Shown: positions 57,153-64,000 of the stretch, piece by piece
How the letters are laid out: every line of letters starts with the position of its first letter
Numbering within the stretch: the first letter of the stretch is position 1
Assembly: GCA_002838945.1 (NCBI GenBank)
Contig: PGXB01000017.1
Span: 1,185 to 65,184, forward strand
Direction of reading: 5' to 3'
From: a candidate division Zixibacteria bacterium HGW-Zixibacteria-1
Lineage (GTDB): Bacteria; Zixibacteria; MSB-5A5; GN15; PGXB01
DNA length: 64,000 nucleotides
Notes under the pieces: generated by a model
The model's database searches: none
What the model was told of the DNA's origin: nothing
Seen by the model: the letters and a program-made list of their open reading frames with translations, nothing else
Position numbers and translations under genes: made by a program

Positions 57153-58424
57153 ATGAGGAAGAAGATATTAGTTGCCGAAAAATCGGATGCCATCAGAAGC
57201 ATTGCCGAGTCAATCCTGCATCAGAATGGCTATGATGTCATTACGGCCTCAACTGTGGAAAAGGCAAAAGAACTGATTATTACCAGTCAGCCCAATATGG
57301 TTATTGTCGGCGCCGATATGCGTGACGCCCAGGAAGCTTATCTGTATGATACTCTGGAAGAGAGCGAAAATACCTCATCGATACCAATCCTCCTGATCGC
57401 CGATCCCGAAGGAAGATCCCTGCCATATCCGGATGAGGTCATTCTGCCGCGCCCCTTTGATCCCAAGGACTTTCTCGAACGCGTACGTTTATTCGTCGGG
57501 GGCGGGATCGAAGAACAGCCCGAGGAAAAAATCGAGGCAGTCGAGCCGCTCTCGATGGAGGCCGTTGACGATGAATTTCTGGATGCTGCCCTGGGTATAG
57601 ACAGAATCGAAGTCGAGGAATCGGAAATAATGGATAAGACCAGCTTGAATATGAAACCGGATTTGAAATTAAAGGCTCCGCAAAAAGATATTTTTGAGAT
57701 TCATCGCCCGGAAGAAGAAAAAGAAAAGAACGGCATGAATGACAGCGATCGAGTTGAATCGCTGATGATTCGTGATGAACCGACCAAAAAGGAACCGGTT
57801 GAGGAAAATTTGGAATCGGATTTTTCATCATCTTCCAAGCTGGAGATCGCCTCGGATCAATATGGACTTATGGAGCCGGATCAATTGCGGCCTGATAAGA
57901 CCGAGCAAGTCGATTCGGATCATGATTATCGCTGGTTTATAAAGGAAATGCAGAAAGAAACCACGGCTCCCGCGAAGTATGACGATGATCCACAATCAGG
58001 CGAAGATTCTGAATTAATAACAAGGTCAACACGGGACTCAGTTGAACCAATCAATATTCCATCTTCAAAATCACACGACTCTTCGCTGGAAGAATTTGAA
58101 TCCGAGCCATCGATAAGTCCCGGCGGCGTCGATGAATTTATCTCGGAATTCAAAAAAGAGGTTCAGAATATAAGTTCGGGGGTCCCTGAAGATCCATCCG
58201 GGCAGCCCGAAGAAACCACCGTTGCAGTAGCTGAGGAAATGCAGCCGGCGTCCGAGCGGGAATTTAATCAGGCGGAGATACATCATTTCGTCAACAATCT
58301 GGTTGACGTACTGTCAGAAAAGCTGGCCAAAAAGATTATTGAGAAGATCGACAAGGAAGAATTATATCGGATAATCAAGGAAGATATGGCCGGTATTCTG
58401 AGTCTCAAAAAGCGGGAAGACTGA
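57153..58424 (+). CDS. receiver (REC)-like domain protein with a long acidic low-complexity tail
   Basis: MRKKILVAEKSDAIRSI...PNMVIVGADM...ILPRPFDPKDF resembles a CheY-like fold. About 300 aa of E/D/S/P-rich sequence follows. The ORF track starts upstream at 57045, inside the rhomboid gene. Confidence 0.65.
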   Translation: MRKKILVAEKSDAIRSIAESILHQNGYDVITASTVEKAKELIITSQPNMVIVGADMRDAQEAYLYDTLEESENTSSIPILLIADPEGRSLPYPDEVILPRPFDPKDFLERVRLFVGGGIEEQPEEKIEAVEPLSMEAVDDEFLDAALGIDRIEVEESEIMDKTSLNMKPDLKLKAPQKDIFEIHRPEEEKEKNGMNDSDRVESLMIRDEPTKKEPVEENLESDFSSSSKLEIASDQYGLMEPDQLRPDKTEQVDSDHDYRWFIKEMQKETTAPAKYDDDPQSGEDSELITRSTRDSVEPINIPSSKSHDSSLEEFESEPSISPGGVDEFISEFKKEVQNISSGVPEDPSGQPEETTVAVAEEMQPASEREFNQAEIHHFVNNLVDVLSEKLAKKIIEKIDKEELYRIIKEDMAGILSLKKRED

Positions 58425-58478
58425 GAAACCTCTCAGGATATCGTCGATTCCAGCCCCACAGTTGAATTATCTCGGTTT

Positions 58479-60401
58479 TCAATGCACCTTGCGCATTTCG
58501 GCAATCATTTCATCCGGTCCAACAACCCCCTGCATAATTCTCTGAACATTGCCTTCTGAATCCAGCAACAGGGTCGTTGGAAGCGAATAGTGCTTCATAC
58601 CGAACCGCATCATGAAATCATTGGTCTCGGGCGTGCCCGATTTTTCGAGCTGGATTTTTAAGGGATAGAACCTTTCGGACTCGGCGGCAACCTCGAGATT
58701 CCCAAATGTTTTCTTCTCAAGAACACGACAGTTAACGCACCAGGTCGCCCACGTATCAATCAGTACCGGCTTGCCCTGAGATCTGGCTTCAGCCAAACCC
58801 ATCTCCAAATCGGTTTTCCATGGAATTAGTTTCTCCTCGACGCGGGAAGAATTCCCCATTGCGCCACCCGCGAAACTGACCCCCTCCGGCAGTAGAAAGC
58901 CGCTGCCTAACATTGTGCCGAGAAGCAGGTAGGCACCGACCAAAAAGGCCAGAATGCCAAGATATTTCTTCAATCGTGGAAAGAGTCCGTCCTCGGATGT
59001 CAGCCTGTCGAAGGCGCCCCCGAATACGGCAAAGGCAACTAACAACAATCCGGCCATGACGGCAAACCAGACCGGCGAAATAATCGTACGCAGGAAGTAG
59101 AGAGCCATGAAAAGGAGAACGAACCCGAAAAAGCCCTTGACCGTCTCCATCCATGTTCCGGCACCCGGAAGGGCGCTGATCGCCGATGAAAATGTGCCAA
59201 TTAAAATATATAGAGTCCCCAGACCGATCGCAAAAACAAACAGGGTAATGAAGCCGAATATCGGTGAACCATAGGTGGCTATATACAGAAGTATCCCGGC
59301 TACAAAGGGACCGACACATGGTGACACCACCAAAGCCGCCACAATGCCCAGGACTATTGATCCACCCACACCGCCGCCGGCCTGTTTGGTTCCCAGCTTC
59401 TGGCGTAAAGAATAAGGTACCTGCAATTCATACACGCCGAACATCGACAGGGCAAATATTACAAAAACAACGGCAATGCCGATGACGACTGCGGGACTGG
59501 CCAGCCAGGCGCCGAAAACACCGCCCACGAGCGATACAATCAGACCCATTATTCCATACATTACCGCCATGGAACCAACATAAAACAGGGATAATATGAA
59601 TCCTTTCCCGATACTTCGATCCTGCCCCGCGAAAATCGACACAGTGATTGGAATCATGGGATAAGTACAGGGAGAAAATGACAACAGTAAACCGGTAATA
59701 AAGGCCAATCCAAGGGCCAGGAAATAACCCCAAAAACCATATTTTTCGATTAGTCGCCCAAGGTCAGATTCCTGCTCAGCGCCGGCCGGTGACGGTTTAC
59801 CACTATCGCTGAAAGTAATCTTCGCGGCAAATACTTCCTGGTTGATCGGCTGTCCTTCGACACCGACGGTAACGGCTATCACATCGGAAAGCGTCATAGG
59901 CGGCCGACATTCCTTGTCATTACAGGCCTGATAGGTAAAAAGTACCGGGACGGTGTAATCGCCTCCGGCAGTATTTTCATCAACGGCCAGGCTGAATCGG
60001 ATAATGACACTATCGTTATAGACCGACATATTCTCGCCGAGCAGAAAAATGGTTGATGCCCCGGTGAAAGTGATATTTAACGGCGTAAACTCATTGGTTG
60101 TATCGATATGAAGCTCCGCCGGTATAAGCCAGTCTTGAAATGGTTTTACTGAATTGATGTGCCAGTTTTCTTTAATATTGATGATTACCGCCGCGTCATA
60201 GGTTTTGCCGGGTTGCAGGGAACTATTGGAAATTACCGTTATAATCTCGGCCAGTTGCTCCTCCTGTGCATTTCCAAAATCACCGAAAACACCGTTGGAA
60301 GCGGCTGCCGGTATCGCGGCGGCGAAATAAGTCATCGCCAAAACCATGATAAAACATATCCATAAAACGGGCTTATAATGATTTTTCATCGATCTGGTCA
60401 A
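58479..60401 (-). CDS. dsbD: protein-disulfide reductase DsbD family
   Basis: Signal peptide and an N-terminal periplasmic domain. The TM core carries SFSPCTYP and VVSPCVGP. The C-terminal thioredoxin fold carries WATWCVNCR. Confidence 0.85.
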   Translation of the reverse strand: MTRSMKNHYKPVLWICFIMVLAMTYFAAAIPAAASNGVFGDFGNAQEEQLAEIITVISNSSLQPGKTYDAAVIINIKENWHINSVKPFQDWLIPAELHIDTTNEFTPLNITFTGASTIFLLGENMSVYNDSVIIRFSLAVDENTAGGDYTVPVLFTYQACNDKECRPPMTLSDVIAVTVGVEGQPINQEVFAAKITFSDSGKPSPAGAEQESDLGRLIEKYGFWGYFLALGLAFITGLLLSFSPCTYPMIPITVSIFAGQDRSIGKGFILSLFYVGSMAVMYGIMGLIVSLVGGVFGAWLASPAVVIGIAVVFVIFALSMFGVYELQVPYSLRQKLGTKQAGGGVGGSIVLGIVAALVVSPCVGPFVAGILLYIATYGSPIFGFITLFVFAIGLGTLYILIGTFSSAISALPGAGTWMETVKGFFGFVLLFMALYFLRTIISPVWFAVMAGLLLVAFAVFGGAFDRLTSEDGLFPRLKKYLGILAFLVGAYLLLGTMLGSGFLLPEGVSFAGGAMGNSSRVEEKLIPWKTDLEMGLAEARSQGKPVLIDTWATWCVNCRVLEKKTFGNLEVAAESERFYPLKIQLEKSGTPETNDFMMRFGMKHYSLPTTLLLDSEGNVQRIMQGVVGPDEMIAEMRKVH

Positions 60402-60545
60402 CCTCCTGAAATTAAAACATAATTATACCGAAGCATAACTTTGTTTGTCAAGGCAATTTGGCGCTCATCTCCGCATTATACACCTTAAACACTTAATACC
60501 ATCATTGGTTTGGCTAATTTGGATGTAAAAAAAAGAATCCTGCTC

Positions 60546-60574
60546 TTGACGAGAGGAAAAGGCTTCTTTATATT
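60546..60574 (+). promoter_or_regulatory. possible sigma70-type promoter
   Basis: TTGACG (60546-60551), 17-nt spacer, TATATT (60569-60574). Confidence 0.35.
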
Positions 60575-60588
60575 TGGCGAAACTGGGA

Positions 60589-61356
60589 ATGAAAATTAAA
60601 GATATGAATGATATGTCCAAAACAAAGAAAAATGAAGCCGTTCTGGCGATTTGTATTCAGGAAACAGAGGAAGATGGTTCCGAACTGAATATCGGCGATT
60701 ACCTGTTGAAGGAAGAAATTGAATTTTTGCATCAGGCCTTTATCGCCGACACATTGGTCAACATCCTTGATCTGAAGTCGGTTGACTTCCGTCTCTTTTA
60801 TGCCGGGTTGCCCAAGACCGAAAAGTCGGTCAACACCATATTGAAATATCTAAAGAAGAAACTGAAAGGCCGTAAGGCCAGAATATTGGAAGATGAGCTG
60901 AAGATTAGTATCCTTCCGCCGGAAAGGTGGGGGATAAAAATGGAAAAGGTTTTTTGTTCCTGTCTTGATGAAGGCTACAAACATATCCTTTTCATCGGCA
61001 GCAGGACGCCGACATTGAAAGCTGATATGCTTAAGACGGCGCTGAAGCTGCTCAAGAATTCCGATGCCATTTTCGGGCCGACGGTCGAGGGCAGGTATTA
61101 CCTGCTTGGCATGACCGAGAAATGCCATGTCAAGATGTCGCAATTCGATTGGAAATCTCCAACCATATATGCCGAGGTGGCGAATCATTTCAAGGAACAG
61201 GGACTGACCTGGTCGGAGCTTGAGCTGTGGTACGCTGTCGAGCATCATGAGGATCTGGAATATCTTATCAGAGATATAAATCAATATCGCCTCGAAGGCG
61301 ACGAAATTTCAGCCAAAGAAACTGAAATCGTCCTCGACAGATATCTTAACAGGTAA
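60589..61356 (+). CDS. DUF2064-like (TIGR04282-type glycosyltransferase-like) protein
   Basis: ILFIGSRTPTLKADMLKTALKLLKNSDAIFGPTVEGRYYLLGM resembles the DUF2064 core. Start is uncertain: the predicted promoter excludes TTG 60574, so ATG 60589, 60604 or 60613. Confidence 0.5.
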   Translation: MKIKDMNDMSKTKKNEAVLAICIQETEEDGSELNIGDYLLKEEIEFLHQAFIADTLVNILDLKSVDFRLFYAGLPKTEKSVNTILKYLKKKLKGRKARILEDELKISILPPERWGIKMEKVFCSCLDEGYKHILFIGSRTPTLKADMLKTALKLLKNSDAIFGPTVEGRYYLLGMTEKCHVKMSQFDWKSPTIYAEVANHFKEQGLTWSELELWYAVEHHEDLEYLIRDINQYRLEGDEISAKETEIVLDRYLNR

Positions 61357-61362
61357 ACAAAT

Positions 61363-62091
61363 ATGCAAAGAGAACTTCAGAAACTGACCTGGAAGAATGT
61401 TCGCGAGCTTGTTCCGGGTAAAATTGATACGGTCATTTTTCCGGTCGGCACGGTCGAGGCTCATGGTGTAACAGTCCTGGGAACCGACAATCTTATTCCC
61501 GATTCGATCGCCCTTAACCTGGCCGACAAGATTAATGCCATTATCGCGCCGACGTTGAATTACGGAATCACCAAATCGCTTTATGGTTATCCCGGTTCGA
61601 TGACTGTCAAGTCGGATAGTTTTCAGAATTTTGTTTTTGATATTCTAAAATCGCTGCGCGATGTCGGTTTCAGGAAGATTATTGTTCTTAACGGACATGG
61701 CGGCAATAATACATCCCTGAAGACGGCCGCTCATGATTTTTATTACGAATATCGCATCAATACAGCCATCATCCACTGGTGGGAATTGTGCGAAGACCTG
61801 GTCGAGGAAATTTACGGTGAAGCGGGCGGTCATGCCGGCAATAATGAGACAGCCATGATTCAGGCCATCGATGAAACGCTGGTGGACAAGTCGCAGCTTG
61901 ACGACAACATGCCGTATCATTACATTTCGGGCGCCGATATCTTTCCGGTACCGGGATCAATATTGCAGTACAAACCGAATGAAGGGCTGCCGGATTTCGA
62001 TCTGGCCAGATCGAAACAATTCCAGGCGGGGGTTTTTGCTCAAGTCGAAGAATTCGTTAAGATGATCATATCGCGCTGGGACAATATCTGA
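61363..62091 (+). CDS. creatininase-family amidohydrolase
   Basis: FPVGTVEAHG, LNGHGGN and GGHAGNNETA motifs. Confidence 0.85.
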   Translation: MQRELQKLTWKNVRELVPGKIDTVIFPVGTVEAHGVTVLGTDNLIPDSIALNLADKINAIIAPTLNYGITKSLYGYPGSMTVKSDSFQNFVFDILKSLRDVGFRKIIVLNGHGGNNTSLKTAAHDFYYEYRINTAIIHWWELCEDLVEEIYGEAGGHAGNNETAMIQAIDETLVDKSQLDDNMPYHYISGADIFPVPGSILQYKPNEGLPDFDLARSKQFQAGVFAQVEEFVKMIISRWDNI

Positions 62092-62111
62092 GATAAAATT
62101 AATACAGCATG

Positions 62112-62141
62112 AAAAAAGGCGGTCGCGAGACCGCCTTTTTT
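62112..62141. terminator. bidirectional rho-independent terminator between convergent genes
   Basis: AAAAAA-GGCGGTC-GCGA-GACCGCC-TTTTTT. Confidence 0.7.
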
Positions 62142-62161
62142 CGACCTAGAACAGAGTGAAA

Positions 62162-63443
62162 TTAAAATCTATATGATGCCGTCATAAAGAGACGGTCGGT
62201 GGTAACATCTTCATTCAAGGCGATACTGTTGACAAAGTCGCCGCTCTCCAGAACAAAACTGTTGCTGAATGATCCGTGCACATAGGCCAGATCAATCATC
62301 ATTACCTGATCGACCAGAAAGCCGAAGCCAAAGCTGTATCCGTAACGGGTGTCGCGCTTATATGACAGGGTTTCATTGTAGGGGAGGGGGGTCATTAAAA
62401 AAGCCGCCGCGCAGGGCCAGATCGATATTGGGAATGACATATTCCGCTCCGATTCTGAAACGAACCACTTCGCGGTAAGCATCTTCAAGATCACTGCTGA
62501 GCAGTTCCATCGCCAGATTTTTGGAATATGACATCTGACTCCAGTCGGTATAATCGATGTCGGCCATCAAAGTCAAATAATCGAAACGGCCGATCGCGCC
62601 GGCTGAAAAAACGAACGGTTTTTTCAGATCATATTCAGTGGTCGAGTAATAGCTGATGTCACTGCCGTCAACCTCGGAGCCGTCCTGATCGATACTGAAT
62701 GCAACCGGCGATTCGACAGCCATCCCGATACCGATTCGCGGCGACAACTGCATCCCGAGACCGATCTTGGCGCCATAGCCGAGATAGCGGTATTCAAGGA
62801 ACTGCTCATAGTCAGATACCAGCGATCCAGCCGTGTAAAGAGGGGACTGAAGATTCAATTTATGTTTGCCGTGGTAAAGACTGATCGATCCGCCGAAAGC
62901 AACGCGTGGTGACAGGTCGACACCGAATCCGAAGGACCATTGATTGATGCCGCCGGTTTCCCTGACCTTTTCACTCGTGGCCGTGATTTCGCCGGCATTG
63001 TCTTCCTCGAAATAGAAATTGCTGATACGGTCAAAATCGGTGGTGCGCCCCACGCCAAACGCAAAGACAAGGGACCCGCGATAGGTGGGGTATGGTATGG
63101 TCATAATGGCCGAACTGATACGGGTATTGGCCCGTGAGTCATTGGCATCGTAACTGGTTCCAAGAGACGGGGCATTGGTTTCCATGTCTGTCTTATATTT
63201 CTGATAGGACATTCCAAGCATAAATTCAAGCCTGGGTACGCGGGTCAGATTGGCCGGATTATAGAAGAGCGAGGAGCCGTCGATGGACATCATTCCGGTC
63301 CCGCCCATGGCCATTTCTTTGGCGCCGATACCGGATAAATTTCCGGCGATGACTTCATTGGCATTATTAAGATAACTTGCCGCAACCGGTGAAGCTATCA
63401 TGATGCCGGCAGCCAATATTAATATTAAGCCTGAGTATTTCAT
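62162..63443 (-). pseudogene. outer-membrane beta-barrel protein (FadL/PorV-like N-terminal motif) interrupted by a frameshift near T6/C6 runs (or a sequencing error)
   Basis: ORFs 62373-63455 and 62162-62494 are the two halves. The signal peptide is MKYSGLILILAAGIMIASPVAAS (ATG 63443, after GGGGAGG). A GAKEMAMGGTG...FYNPANL motif follows. The downstream piece ends in the barrel-type terminus TASYRF. Confidence 0.7.
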
Positions 63444-63955
63444 TTTGTCTGCCACCTCCCCTTGGGCTGATTGGTTTCCTCTTTGGAATCGTCGTTTTTG
63501 GAAGGTTCTTCTTTTTTCTTCGTTTCCGGTTTATCTTTAGTTTCGGGTGAGGTTTGTTTGCCGCTGGTTGTCCCGCCGGTCGAACCCGCCGAACTGCCGG
63601 TACTGATTTGATTGGCCCCGTCGAGCCCCGTAGGCTGCCAACGACTGCCGGGCCGGGTTGCCTGGCCGGGGACTTCCGGACGCGGTGACTCGCCGCCATT
63701 ATCATCGTCGTAATAGTGGCCGCCGTCATAATAATCATACCACCAGGGCTGGGCATAATAATGCCCCCAGTTGCCGTAAAGCGTCCAGTAGCTCGGATAA
63801 TAATAGTGCGTGTTTCCATAATTATCATCGGCACTGGTATCATTTCTTTCGAGATAACTGCCTTCATCACCAGGTTGGGCGATTTTGGTATAGCAGCCGG
63901 ATATAAGAAATGAGAGGACCAACAAAGGTATTAACAGGGTAAAATGCTTTTTCAT
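63440..63955 (-). CDS. lipoprotein with a Tyr/Trp/Asp-rich segment and a Ser/Thr/Lys-rich tail, hypothetical
   Basis: MKKHFTLLIPLLVLSFLISGC is a canonical lipobox, and GGAGAT precedes ATG 63955. Its stop overlaps the start of the barrel gene (ATGA). Confidence 0.65.
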   Translation of the reverse strand: MKKHFTLLIPLLVLSFLISGCYTKIAQPGDEGSYLERNDTSADDNYGNTHYYYPSYWTLYGNWGHYYAQPWWYDYYDGGHYYDDDNGGESPRPEVPGQATRPGSRWQPTGLDGANQISTGSSAGSTGGTTSGKQTSPETKDKPETKKKEEPSKNDDSKEETNQPKGRWQTK

Positions 63956-64000
63956 AATATCTCCATTCAAGGTCTAAAAGAATTCAATATAAGTAAAACG

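Noticed and set aside
63367-63870. A 167-aa minus-strand ORF overlapping the lipoprotein gene in another frame.
   Set aside because: It has a Met/Ile/Thr/Arg-rich nonsense-like composition. The competing frame has an RBS, a lipobox and ATGA coupling to the downstream gene.

Overview
This 64-kb window reads like a chromosomal segment of an uncultured diderm bacterium. BamA, Skp, LpxD and Lgt are present, and two proteins end in a T9SS-type C-terminal sorting domain. That points to an FCB-like lineage, but I cannot resolve the phylum from sequence alone. I call about 50 protein-coding genes. I saw no rRNA, tRNA, CRISPR array, transposase or integrase. All product calls come from motif recognition by eye on the supplied translations; no searches were run.

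Most of the window is housekeeping:
- Translation and RNA modification: gltX, glnS, rplU, rsmI, rlmH, dtd.
- NAD synthesis: nadA, nadE.
- Envelope: lgt, a PAP2 protein, lpxD, skp, bamA, dsbD, a rhomboid protease.
- DNA and division: ssb, uvrB, smc, ftsY, maf, a RodZ-like protein.
- Redox: a split rubrerythrin, a peroxiredoxin, trxA.
- An ADP-forming acetyl-CoA synthetase.
- A 1,400-aa BadF/BcrA-type activase fusion.

The accessory or unusual content is:
1. An AT-rich two-gene DUF262 (ParB-like) plus HEPN module inserted between ssb and lpxD. This is my best candidate for an uncharacterised defence or abortive-infection system.
2. A divergent pair of T9SS cargo genes. One is a protein of about 3,491 aa built from roughly 34 Cys-rich Ig-like modules with nested intragenic duplications. 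It carries a cohesin-like and a dockerin-like module in the same chain.
3. Two further AT-rich orphan genes (6599-7159 and 11421-12272).
4. Two genes broken by frameshifts at homopolymer runs: a DUF885 protein and an outer-membrane barrel. These may equally be sequencing errors.

Several canonical sigma70-type promoters (TTGACA-N16/17-TATATT) and rho-independent terminators are visible.
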